Source of the DNA: Nostoc sp. DedSLP01
GTDB lineage: Bacteria > Cyanobacteriota > Cyanobacteriia > Cyanobacteriales > Nostocaceae
Length of the DNA: 64,000 bases
Direction: 5' to 3'
NCBI GenBank assembly: GCA_034530875.2
Contig: JAVRCJ020000016.1
Location: 32,001 to 96,000, forward strand
Under the pieces are notes generated by a model. It was not told where the DNA came from. It saw nothing but the letters and a program-made list of their open reading frames with translations, and ran no database searches. A program made the position numbers and the translations under genes. Shown here in pieces: positions 11,215-20,183 of the stretch. Numbering within the stretch: the first letter of the stretch is position 1; each line of letters opens with the position of its first letter.

Positions 11215-11637
11215 GTGACGTACTGGGTGAAAATCCTTTACGAGAGGAAAGAATATGTAGTAAATTTTGAGCATGTCCATGCTTTTTGTTATGAAAGAAA
11301 TGGCCGGCTTACTTTTTGGTTACCTGATAGTGCCATTCCCATAGTGATTAATCCCCAAAATAATCTGGAAGATTATCAAAAGGTTATTAATTATATAGAA
11401 TGTGTTACTGAATTGGAATTAAATCATGCCCATTGGGTGAAAATTCTTTACGAAAAAAATGAATATGTGATTGACCTCAACTGTATCAGTTCTTTTTGTC
11501 ACGAACCGAATGGTAGGATAACCTTCTGGTTACCAGATGGCACTATTCCGATCGTTATCAATCCTGTGAGTAATCCTGAATCATATCAAAAAGTCGTGAA
11601 ATATGTTGAGAAAGCAACAGGATATTTTTTGTCTTGA
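11215..11637 (+). CDS. Hypothetical protein made of two tandem ~65-aa repeats
   Basis: WVKILYE.....FC.E.NGR.TFWLPD..IPIVINP occurs twice; GAGGAG RBS before GTG. Confidence 0.85.
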   Translation: MTYWVKILYERKEYVVNFEHVHAFCYERNGRLTFWLPDSAIPIVINPQNNLEDYQKVINYIECVTELELNHAHWVKILYEKNEYVIDLNCISSFCHEPNGRITFWLPDGTIPIVINPVSNPESYQKVVKYVEKATGYFLS

Positions 11638-11703
11638 AATTCTTGTGTAGTAGAACAAGATAATAATAAATTTGAAAAACAGATTTAGTATTTGCTTTAT
11701 AGC

Positions 11704-13266
11704 TCACCGCCATTCGTCAAAAATTTGCTCGATCCGTTCAATTGCCATGTCTGCTGCTTGCTCTGGAGATATATTATTGACAACTATTCGGTTGAGAGCA
11801 TTACCCCAAACATTCTCTTGTAAAACTAGGCTGTAAGCAGGGTTTTGGACAATATAAAATGGGCGAGTTTGACCTTTAGTCAGTGTTTGAGTTGCAGTAA
11901 AAAGATGCGGATCTGCTGGATTTGTCCAAAAGGGGTCTTTCCAAACAGGCTTCATTATTGGTAAGTACCGACCTCCGGTAGCTTTGAGATAGTTTCCAAT
12001 TGTTTCAGGTTTAATAAAATAGGCGAGAAAGTCCTTTGCTACCTTCTGGTTTTTAGACTTGGCAAACAAAACTATTTCATTAACTGAGACTAAGTAGCGC
12101 ATCGGTTGACCATTGGGTTTGTTCGGAAATTCTAGGATACCAAGCTTGTGACGATAGATGTCAGGCTGTTGGCGGACAGCAGCAGGAATCGAAAGCGAGG
12201 AGTTAGGCGTCATAACCACGCCACGATTGAGCAAGCTGCGATTATTATCTGGATTTAACCAGTTCACTGCGTCTGGTGGTACGTAGCCCTGTTGGTAAAA
12301 TTTCGCATACCACTCTAAGCTGTCAACAATACCTTGACGTACCTTAGGATCGTTGAGGAGAAGTTGACCTTTGGAGTCTAAAATTTCAACATTGTATGCC
12401 TCTAAAATCTGCTCAAACAAGTAGTAGGTATCTGTAGATCCAGTAGAGAAAGCAAAGCCTAAACTGTAAATATTCTGTTTTTGCTTTGCCCGGAGTTCAT
12501 CCTGCACTTGTTTCCAAAACTCCCAGAAGGCATCCCACTCTTTGGGGATATTGCTTTGAGTCCGACCTACTTGCTGTAGCAAGTCTCGCCAGTAGAAGAT
12601 GTGAATTGTTAATTGATTAATTGGAACTCCATAGTAGCTCCACTTTTTATCAACGTTGTTATATAAACGAACGGCTTCCAGCACACCTTCAGAATAAAGA
12701 CTTTTGAATGGCTCAATTACATCAGAGACATCTGCCAGTTTGCCTTCCCAAGCAAGACGTGGATACAGCTCCCTCTCAGCACTGCTACTTATTACTATAT
12801 CAGGCGGATTGCCTGCCTGAAGTGCCCTTTGAGTCTTTTGTGGCAACTCATCGTTAGCATAAAAAGAAAGCTTAATTTTCTTGCCGCTTTGGTGCTCCCA
12901 GTTGCTAATAATCTGCTCGAGGGCTTCATCTTCTTCCAAAGTATAACCTTTATCCGACCAAATCTTCAGGACTCTACTGTTAATAGGAAATTCAGTAACT
13001 GAGGATTGATTAGATTTTAAAGTATTAATGCAAACAACAATTATCAAGCTGAGTATTAATCCCACAAGTATATATCGATGACTAGCTTTTATTGCCATTA
13101 CAGTAAAGGTTTGCTTGCCTGTTTGCTGATTCTTAAAGCCTTTAGCCATTGGACTAGCTTTGGTTGGGAATAACATACTCATTTTTGATGATTTTTGTCT
13201 CAGAAATAGTAAGGTTTTTACCTCCTGCCTCCTGCCTATAAAGTTTATCAAACAGAATAAAGCCAT
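11704..13266 (-). CDS. Carbohydrate-type ABC transporter substrate-binding protein (true start probably downstream)
   Basis: GNPPDIV, YYGVP, FYWRDLL, PKEWDAF motifs; one N-terminal hydrophobic segment. Confidence 0.88.
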   Translation of the reverse strand: MALFCLINFIGRRQEVKTLLFLRQKSSKMSMLFPTKASPMAKGFKNQQTGKQTFTVMAIKASHRYILVGLILSLIIVVCINTLKSNQSSVTEFPINSRVLKIWSDKGYTLEEDEALEQIISNWEHQSGKKIKLSFYANDELPQKTQRALQAGNPPDIVISSSAERELYPRLAWEGKLADVSDVIEPFKSLYSEGVLEAVRLYNNVDKKWSYYGVPINQLTIHIFYWRDLLQQVGRTQSNIPKEWDAFWEFWKQVQDELRAKQKQNIYSLGFAFSTGSTDTYYLFEQILEAYNVEILDSKGQLLLNDPKVRQGIVDSLEWYAKFYQQGYVPPDAVNWLNPDNNRSLLNRGVVMTPNSSLSIPAAVRQQPDIYRHKLGILEFPNKPNGQPMRYLVSVNEIVLFAKSKNQKVAKDFLAYFIKPETIGNYLKATGGRYLPIMKPVWKDPFWTNPADPHLFTATQTLTKGQTRPFYIVQNPAYSLVLQENVWGNALNRIVVNNISPEQAADMAIERIEQIFDEWR

Positions 13267-13311
13267 CAGTCGTCAGAATTCAGAATTAATACGGTAATCG
13301 ACGCTAACGCA

Positions 13312-14208
13312 TTACATCAATTCTGAATACTTTTGCCATGCCAACTTTGCTGCACCCACCATCCCAGCAAATTTTCCTAACTGGGCTGGCAAAATCTGTA
13401 AACCCTCTCGTGATAAAGGCTGCACTCGCTTCTCAATTTCTGCTTTTATCGCTGGGAAGAAAAACTCAAAGCTACCACTAATACCGCCACCTATAACGAT
13501 CGCTTCTGGTGTCAGCACATAAACCAAAGTTGTCAAACCAATACCCAAACACTTACCATATTCTTGCCAAAAAGTCAAGGCTTCAGTATCTCCTTGTTCG
13601 GCAAGCATACCCAATTCGATGGGTTCCTTGAGAGTACGGCGACGAATGGCAGTAGCGGAGGCATATTGTTCCAAAGAGCCTTGATTGCCACTATTGCATA
13701 TTGGGCCGTCAGGGTTGAATGAAATTAAACCGAGTTCTCCAGCAGCTCCTCGATGTCCAACAAATAATTTGCCATTGAGGATAACTGCGCCACCAACTCC
13801 AGTCCCTAAAGTGAGGAGAATCAAATTTTGAAAGTTGCGACCTGCTCCCAACCAAGCTTCTCCCAAAAGCGCGCAATTAGCATCATTACCAATTACAGTG
13901 GGTTTGCCAGTTTTACTTTCCAACCAGTCTGCTAAAGGCACATCGATCCATCCAGGTAAGTTGATGGCAATTTTCGCAATCCGTGCCGCAGCATCGGCCG
14001 GCCCGGGAGTTCCTACACCAATGGCCACAGCTTGATTCTCTGGATCGATTTGAGCGATCGCATCTACTAACACCGCCAGCACCGCTTCCGGCGTTGTTGG
14101 TTGCGGAGCTGCCAAAGTCAAAGATTGCAAGCAAGTACCATCAACTGCAAAGCGCCCCAGCTTAATTGCAGTTCCCCCCACATCAATGCCAATTACGTAA
14201 TTAGTCAT
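13312..14208 (-). CDS. ROK family sugar kinase (glucokinase-like)
   Basis: GIDVGGT, NDANCA, LTLGTGVGG, GAAGELG, CNSGNQGSLEQYAS. Confidence 0.93.
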   Translation of the reverse strand: MTNYVIGIDVGGTAIKLGRFAVDGTCLQSLTLAAPQPTTPEAVLAVLVDAIAQIDPENQAVAIGVGTPGPADAAARIAKIAINLPGWIDVPLADWLESKTGKPTVIGNDANCALLGEAWLGAGRNFQNLILLTLGTGVGGAVILNGKLFVGHRGAAGELGLISFNPDGPICNSGNQGSLEQYASATAIRRRTLKEPIELGMLAEQGDTEALTFWQEYGKCLGIGLTTLVYVLTPEAIVIGGGISGSFEFFFPAIKAEIEKRVQPLSREGLQILPAQLGKFAGMVGAAKLAWQKYSELM

Positions 14209-14322
14209 TAGTCATTAGTCATTAGTTATTAGTCATTGGGCATGGGGCATTGGTCATTCTCCACGTCCACGCATCTCCATCATCTTTCCACTCCCCACTC
14301 CCTATTCCCCACTTCCCAGTCA
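14198..14322. repeat. STRR arrays (TTAGTCA, GGGCATT, CCCCACT)
   Basis: Read directly from the sequence. Confidence 0.8.
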
Positions 14323-14526
14323 TCAGGGTTTTGGAATATTAGGACGAAAATATTCTAAATCTTCTGTTTTATTGGGTGCGATTCGTAAGTTAGCAACAGT
14401 CGCGGTACGAATACTCGATTGCTCTTGCCAAGCTGTAACTGGAGTACCTCTTAAGATACCAGCAAGGGCGACCGAAAGCATAAACCCGCCAGTGGCGGCG
14501 GCAATTAATGTCAGGTTATCTTTCAC
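14323..14526 (-). CDS. Small single-pass membrane protein
   Basis: 67 aa, hydrophobic N-terminus, GTG start. Confidence 0.6.
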   Translation of the reverse strand: MKDNLTLIAAATGGFMLSVALAGILRGTPVTAWQEQSSIRTATVANLRIAPNKTEDLEYFRPNIPKP

Positions 14527-14604
14527 ACAAATCTCTCTACTAATTTGTTATTTGTTCAGTTATCAGTTGTCAGTTGTCAATTGTCTTTTGCAAATGACTA
14601 AGCG

Positions 14605-14642
14605 CAAAGTCTGAGCGGAGGTTTCCTCCGATCGGAACTTTG
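14605..14642. repeat. Small dispersed hairpin repeat, copy 1
   Basis: GCGGAGGTTTCCTCCGATC core also found at 40218-40253. Confidence 0.75.
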
Positions 14643-14680
14643 TAAGAGAAGACCAATGACTAATGACTAATAACTAATGA

Positions 14681-15577
14681 CTACTTTCGGATTCTATTTT
14701 CTCTTCGTAAACGAGGATTGACAAATTCATTTAAACCTTCACCGAGTAGTGATAACCCTACTACCATGCATGTCATTGTTAAACCAGGGAAAAGGGTAGT
14801 CCACCAAATGCCAGTAGGTAAAGCTTCTAATGCTTGTTTTAAATCGTATCCCCATTCTGGTACTTCTTCTGGAAGCCCTAGCCCCAAAAAGCCTAAACCG
14901 CCCAATACTAAGATTGCATCGGCGGCGTTGAGGGTGAAAAGTACGGGTACGCTTTGAATGACGTTGAAAAATAGATATCGAGAAAGGACAGTCCAAGTAG
15001 AAGCCCCCATTGCTTGAGCAGCTTCTATGAACACTTCAGTTTTGACGCTAACGGTGTGGTTGCGAACAACGCGGTAATATTGGGGGATGTAAGCAATGCT
15101 AATGGCGATCGCTGCATTTAATATTCCCCGCCCCACCACAAACGCCAGTGTCACAGACAACAATAGCCCTGGTAGAGTGTAGATGCTATCCATAATAAAC
15201 AGCAACACTTTATCCAATTTTCCGCCCAGATAACCGCTGAGCATCCCCAAAGGTACGCCGATAATCATACTCAACGCTGTCGCCAAAATCACCACTTGCA
15301 AAGCGGCTTGAGCGCCGAACAAGGTGCGGGAGAAGACATCATAACCCAGGCGACTAGTACCAAACCAATATTTTGCCGATGGTGGCTGGTGAATTGGATT
15401 TGAGAGAAAATCTTTCGGGTTCTGTAGCCATCCCCAAGCCTGGAATACAGGAGCGAAGAATGCCAGAAATACGAAAAATAGGGTAATGGCTAACCCTATA
15501 AGCATGAGTTTCTGGGAAAGATTGGGATTTTTAGCAAACTGGAAAAATATCGGCAGCTGCCGTTTTGTTATGGCCAT
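14681..15577 (-). CDS. Peptide/nickel ABC transporter permease (DppC/OppC type)
   Basis: WFGTSRLGYDVFSR, FIEAAQAMGAS EAA loop, LGFLGLG, PEWG. Confidence 0.93.
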   Translation of the reverse strand: MAITKRQLPIFFQFAKNPNLSQKLMLIGLAITLFFVFLAFFAPVFQAWGWLQNPKDFLSNPIHQPPSAKYWFGTSRLGYDVFSRTLFGAQAALQVVILATALSMIIGVPLGMLSGYLGGKLDKVLLFIMDSIYTLPGLLLSVTLAFVVGRGILNAAIAISIAYIPQYYRVVRNHTVSVKTEVFIEAAQAMGASTWTVLSRYLFFNVIQSVPVLFTLNAADAILVLGGLGFLGLGLPEEVPEWGYDLKQALEALPTGIWWTTLFPGLTMTCMVVGLSLLGEGLNEFVNPRLRRENRIRK

Positions 15578-15616
15578 AAAGCGATCGCCTGGATCGAGGA
15601 AGATACGCTGACCATT

Positions 15617-15775
15617 TTACATATTGGGGACTGGGGATTGGGGACTGGGGACTGGGGATTTGGTAAAAATGTTACATATTGGGGACTGGGGATTTGTAAA
15701 GATGTCCCATAAATTTGAGCGACTGGGGACTGGGGATTAGGGATTTAGTAAAAATGTCCCATAAAATTGAAGGAC
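15617..15775. repeat. Composite repeat: GGGGA(C/T)T arrays interleaved with duplicated spacers
   Basis: TTACATATT x2, GTAAA(A/G)ATG x3, TCCCATAAA(T/A)TTGA x2. Confidence 0.85.
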
Positions 15776-15791
15776 TTTAGATTGTGATGAT

Positions 15792-16196
15792 ATGCAAGAT
15801 AGAAGCTTTGAGTCTTTAGACTTCTATCAAGACAGCCTCAAGCTACTAAAAGCGGCTTATCGATTAGCAGATAGTTTGCCGAATTGTGAGCGTTACAATT
15901 TGAGCGATCAATTACGAAGAGCAGCTTGTAGTGTTTTACTGAACATAGCTGAGGGTTATGGACGCTATCACTATTTAGATAGATTGCGTTTTATGTACAT
16001 TGCTCGCGGTTCATTGACTGAAACCAAAAGCGCTTTCATTATTGCTGAGAGTTTAGGGTACTGCAATACAGAACAATTAAACTGGGTCAGTCAGCTTAAA
16101 GACCGGATTGAAAAAGGTCTTAACGGTTACTGTCGTTTCATTCGTTCCCAACAGCAGGGTAAAGAGGAGTACGGTACTCAGCTGGGTGACTGGTGA
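15792..16196 (+). CDS. Four-helix-bundle protein (23S rRNA intervening-sequence protein / Avd-like family)
   Basis: SFESLDFYQ, LPNCERYNLSDQLRRAACSVLLNIAEGYGR, FMYIARGSLTE. Confidence 0.93.
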   Translation: MQDRSFESLDFYQDSLKLLKAAYRLADSLPNCERYNLSDQLRRAACSVLLNIAEGYGRYHYLDRLRFMYIARGSLTETKSAFIIAESLGYCNTEQLNWVSQLKDRIEKGLNGYCRFIRSQQQGKEEYGTQLGDW

Positions 16197-16320
16197 TTGG
16201 TGATTAGGGATTGGGTTTGGTGATTAGAGATTGGGTATTAGCAGTTAATAAAAGAATTATTTCTTAGTCCCCAGTCCCCAGTCACCAGTCCCCAGTCCCC
16301 AGTCCCCAGTCCCCAGTCCC
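16184..16320. repeat. G-rich then C-rich STRR arrays between the four-helix-bundle gene and trxB
   Basis: (TGGTGAT/GGGATT)-like units followed by about 8 AGTCCCC units abutting the trxB stop. Confidence 0.88.
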
Positions 16321-17714
16321 TAAAGATTACTTTCAATCAACTGCCGATATTCACTCTTTTGCTTAACGCCTTTAACTTCCTTCACCAGTTCCTTGTTTTT
16401 AAACAATTGAACTGTTGGCGTTCCTGTAACATTAGCATTTTCAGCAATTTCTCGGTCTTTGTCGATGTCAATTTCTACAAAGTGGATTTTGCTGTCAAAT
16501 TCATCGACTACTTTATTTAAGATTGGCTTCAAGGTATGACAAGGGCCACAGCCAGGAGAAACGTATTTAACTAGGAGTAAGCGATCGCTTTCGTGGAATA
16601 ATTTCCGTAAAGCATAACCGCCCTCATGACGGGTTGCATTCAAGTTAAATCCAGCTTCTTCCTCAGCTTCGGTCTTTTTGGCTGCTTGATGTTGATGTTC
16701 TAATTCGTTATCTGCTGTTTCTGGCTGTTGATGGAATTCTTGAATCAAGCCACTGGATGATAACCAACGTTCTGCCAACATCGCCGCCATACAGCCACTA
16801 CCCGCAGCGGTAATTGCTTGACGAAATTCATGGTCTTGTACGTCACCAGCTGCAAAAACGCCTTCTATACTGGTTTCCGCAGAACCGGGCTTGGTGACAA
16901 CGTAACCCACTTCATCAAGTTCTAGTTGTCCCTTAAATAAGGAAGTATTGGGAGTGTGACCAATGGCGTAAAATAAACCCTTAGCGTGCAGTTTGCTCTC
17001 TTCACCAGTTTTGGTATTGCGGATTTTCACTCCTTCCATGTGACCGTTACCGAAGATATCCACGGCTTCTGTGTTCCAATGCACTTGGATTTTCGGGTTG
17101 CTCAAAACTCGGTCTTGCATGGCTTTAGAAGCCCGCATTTTATCGGTGCGTACCAACATGTTTACCTTAGAACCGTACTTGGTGAGGTAAATTGATTCCT
17201 CTGCTGCTGAGTCGCCAGCACCAATTACAGCCAATTCTGCACCGTGAAAAATCGGTGTTGCGCCGTCGCAAATTGCACAAGCCGAAATACCCCGACTCCA
17301 AAATTCACGTTCGTTAGGTAAACCTAAACGCTTTGCTGTCGCGCCGGTAGCAATGACGATGCTGTTGGTTTTGATTTCTCTTTCTTGCGATCGCACCGTA
17401 AAAGGACGCTGACTCAAGTCAACTGATATAACATCTTCAGTATATAGCTCAGCCCCCCAGCGCTCTGCTTGCGCCTTCATTTTATCCATCAGTTCCGGCC
17501 CGGTAATCCCTTGGGGAAAACCAGGAAAGTTCTCAACTTCCGTCGTTGTCATTAATTGTCCGCCAGGCAATCCCCCGGCTTGGAAACCTTCAAATACAAC
17601 GGGTTTCAAGTTAGCACGTCCTGCATAGATGGCTGCTGTGTACCCTGCTGGCCCAGAACCGATAATTACTAAGTTTTCTACTGTGGGGTTAGTCATGACA
17701 ATATACGAACTCAT
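16320..17714 (-). CDS. trxB: NADPH-dependent thioredoxin reductase with fused C-terminal thioredoxin domain (NTRC type)
   Basis: [39 protein letters not shown]-terminal CGPC thioredoxin motif. Confidence 0.96.
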   Translation of the reverse strand: MSSYIVMTNPTVENLVIIGSGPAGYTAAIYAGRANLKPVVFEGFQAGGLPGGQLMTTTEVENFPGFPQGITGPELMDKMKAQAERWGAELYTEDVISVDLSQRPFTVRSQEREIKTNSIVIATGATAKRLGLPNEREFWSRGISACAICDGATPIFHGAELAVIGAGDSAAEESIYLTKYGSKVNMLVRTDKMRASKAMQDRVLSNPKIQVHWNTEAVDIFGNGHMEGVKIRNTKTGEESKLHAKGLFYAIGHTPNTSLFKGQLELDEVGYVVTKPGSAETSIEGVFAAGDVQDHEFRQAITAAGSGCMAAMLAERWLSSSGLIQEFHQQPETADNELEHQHQAAKKTEAEEEAGFNLNATRHEGGYALRKLFHESDRLLLVKYVSPGCGPCHTLKPILNKVVDEFDSKIHFVEIDIDKDREIAENANVTGTPTVQLFKNKELVKEVKGVKQKSEYRQLIESNL

Positions 17715-17829
17715 AACGACTACGTTTAATATAGCATAACAAATTGCGATCGGCTACGCCAGATGGGAAGCGCTGGGAAAATGCCTACAGTACTATGCGA
17801 TCAATACTTGCCGAAGATGCTGTTAACCG

Positions 17830-18603
17830 CTAAGAGTTTTCTCGCAGATATTTCCTGATTACTTCAACATCTATTTCTAGCAATTCTGCTATTTCTTGAA
17901 TACTCATACCTTTCTCACTAAGTTTTGGGGCTAATTTCAACCTACTCTTTTCCAAGATGCTCTTGTACAATCGAGTATTGACGAATTCATCTAAATCAAG
18001 CATGGCTTCAATTTCCTCTAAAGAAAGATTTGGAAACTTATAAAATACAATAGCTTGGATAAATGCTAGCACTTTAGTTTGAAGATTTTCATCGGTAAAA
18101 TCTTCTCTTGCCTGATTGATTAGCTGTTGAGCTAAGGAAGTAGCTTTTGTAGGTGATTCTACAAAGAGTTTGGCAATTCCTACACCCAAGGAATCATCAG
18201 TTCTAGTAGAAAATTCATTCAGATATATGCAGCGTAGATGTTGTTCGACTAAAACTTGATAGCGGGGGTGAGGTGGAGTTTCATTGATGCGTTTGTCGTA
18301 GATAACAATTGCATACCAGTTTGGGTTTGCTGGTTTATATTGACGGAAGTAAACAAAAATTTCCCCAAAAAGTCGCTCGTAAAATTCTTCATCTTTGTAG
18401 GTTTGCAACTCTACAAAATATAAAGGTTCGTTTTCAAATCCCTGGATAGTGGAAAATATCCCGTCTAAACGAAATGATTGTTGTTTGACTTCCGGTGCAA
18501 TAAATGTGTAAATATCAGGATTAGTCTCAGGTTTGTCAATAAGTTCAAAAAATATTTGTGGTAGTTCCTTAATCAGTTCGTAAAAAATTACATCTGTTTT
18601 CAT
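17830..18603 (-). CDS. Rpn family PD-(D/E)XK nuclease (DUF2887 type)
   Basis: MKTDVIFYEL, EVKQQSFRLDG, YFVELQ; C-terminal GMSIQEIAELL helix-turn-helix. Confidence 0.9.
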   Translation of the reverse strand: MKTDVIFYELIKELPQIFFELIDKPETNPDIYTFIAPEVKQQSFRLDGIFSTIQGFENEPLYFVELQTYKDEEFYERLFGEIFVYFRQYKPANPNWYAIVIYDKRINETPPHPRYQVLVEQHLRCIYLNEFSTRTDDSLGVGIAKLFVESPTKATSLAQQLINQAREDFTDENLQTKVLAFIQAIVFYKFPNLSLEEIEAMLDLDEFVNTRLYKSILEKSRLKLAPKLSEKGMSIQEIAELLEIDVEVIRKYLRENS

Positions 18604-18713
18604 TGATGCTATAAATTGCAAACTATACAGCAGTTGTTCTTTGAATACAATATATTGTAACTTTCGGTGGTTAAGGCATTTATGATAGATATCAAAGCGT
18701 TATTTAGTGTATT

Positions 18714-19280
18714 ATGTCCTTCACCATCACGGATTTAGAGCAGCTACAAAGTGAGCATCCAGAATGGCAGATGGAACTGGTAGAGGGAAAAATCATAATT
18801 TCTGGGCTATCAGATTACGAGTCAGAGGAAATAGGGACTCGTCTAGTTACCTTCTTGAATAACTGGGTAATGTCGCGCAAGCTGGGACGTGTAACTGGTT
18901 CTGGTACTGGGTTTATCTTGCCAAGTTTAGAAAAAGATGATTTACAAAAAAGAAACTTGCGATCGCCTGATGTGTCTTTTGTAAAAGCGGATCGCTTGAA
19001 GAAGACCAAGCGCGATTTTGTAGAGTTAGTTCCAGACTTGATGGTTGAGATTAAATTTAAAAGCGACAGAATTAAACCACTTGAAGAGAAGATTCAGCTA
19101 TTTTTGCAACTTGGGTCTGTAGTAGGCATATTGATTGACCCAGACAAATTGACAGTAACGGTTTACCGACTAAACCAAGCCCCAGTAGTGTTACAGAATG
19201 GCGATACACTGACACTACCAGACTTGCTACCAGGTTGGGAACTGGCGGTATCAGAACTATGGCCGCCTGAGTTTGAATAA
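18714..19280 (+). CDS. Uma2 family endonuclease
   Basis: MELVEG, RSPDVSFV, VPDLMVEI, LPDLLPGWEL. Confidence 0.92.
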   Translation: MSFTITDLEQLQSEHPEWQMELVEGKIIISGLSDYESEEIGTRLVTFLNNWVMSRKLGRVTGSGTGFILPSLEKDDLQKRNLRSPDVSFVKADRLKKTKRDFVELVPDLMVEIKFKSDRIKPLEEKIQLFLQLGSVVGILIDPDKLTVTVYRLNQAPVVLQNGDTLTLPDLLPGWELAVSELWPPEFE

Positions 19281-19415
19281 GTTACTGACAATCAAAGCTG
19301 TTTTGAATTGCCTGGAATATTAGGTTTTTCCTGAATTAGCACAGCTGTGCTACCTTACCGCCATATCTTAGTCAAAAATTTTTTTAGGTGCTGTGATAGG
19401 AAAGCGATCGCAAGT

Positions 19416-19422
19416 GGGTAAG
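19416..19422 (+). promoter_or_regulatory. Candidate SigF-type promoter element upstream of pilA
   Basis: GGGTAAG ends 47 nt before the pilA ATG; cyanobacterial pilA promoters are SigF-dependent with a GGGTAAG-like element. Confidence 0.55.
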
Positions 19423-19468
19423 TTACATTCAGAACACCCAAGCAGTCCCTACCCCAGGGAAAACACTT

Positions 19469-20029
19469 ATGAAAACTGAATTGAAAGCAAAGTTTATCCA
19501 ACACATCGTCGGCAAAAAGAAAGAAAGCGAAGGTTTTACACTTATTGAATTACTAGTAGTAATCATTATTATCGGTATTTTGTCTGCGATCGCTCTACCT
19601 TCATTCTTGAACCAAGCTAACAAAGCCAAGCAGTCGGAAGCAAAACAAAACGTTGGTGCAATGAACCGACAACAACAGGCTTATTATCTGGAGAAGAATA
19701 CTTTTACAAGTAACATGTCAGATTTGGGTCTTGGTATTAAAACAGCAAGTACAAACTATAAGTTCTCAATTTCTACACTTTCTAGCGGTGCTGTAGTTGG
19801 TATAACCAACCGTTCATCACGAGTGACCGCAACTGCTCCTCTGAAAGTTTATATTGGTGGTGTAAACGTAGGTCTTGTGGCAGCAACAAGTGAAGCAACC
19901 ACATTAACTGTATTGTGTGAAGCAGTTAATCCTGGTACTGTGTCAGGCGCTGCGACTGGGATTATTGATTCAGCTACCTATGCTTCTGCCGGCCCCAGTT
20001 GCCCTGGTACATACACAACTCTTAACTAG
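19469..20029 (+). CDS. pilA: Major type IV pilin
   Basis: Prepilin site G-FTLIELLVVIIIIGILSAIALPSFLNQ; C-terminal Cys pair; Ser/Thr-rich. Confidence 0.93.
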   Translation: MKTELKAKFIQHIVGKKKESEGFTLIELLVVIIIIGILSAIALPSFLNQANKAKQSEAKQNVGAMNRQQQAYYLEKNTFTSNMSDLGLGIKTASTNYKFSISTLSSGAVVGITNRSSRVTATAPLKVYIGGVNVGLVAATSEATTLTVLCEAVNPGTVSGAATGIIDSATYASAGPSCPGTYTTLN

Positions 20030-20125
20030 AATTTCTTAGAGAAGTTCGGGATTTGCACGAGGAATCACAAAGTACTTAAAATTTTCAAAAATTTAATTCC
20101 CGAATTTTATCAATGGTGAGTTACA

Positions 20126-20165
20126 AATAAGTGGGTAGATTATTCTATCCACTTATTATATTTTT
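20126..20165 (+). terminator. Hairpin with T-tract between pilA and ogtA
   Basis: AATAAGTGGGTAGA-TTAT-TCTATCCACTTATT followed by ATATTTTT. Confidence 0.65.
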
Positions 20166-20183
20166 CAGGAATCATTTCTTCGT

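Noticed and set aside
15617..15775. Mini CRISPR array
   Set aside because: Units are heptamer runs of variable length, the spacers are themselves duplicated, and there are no cas genes
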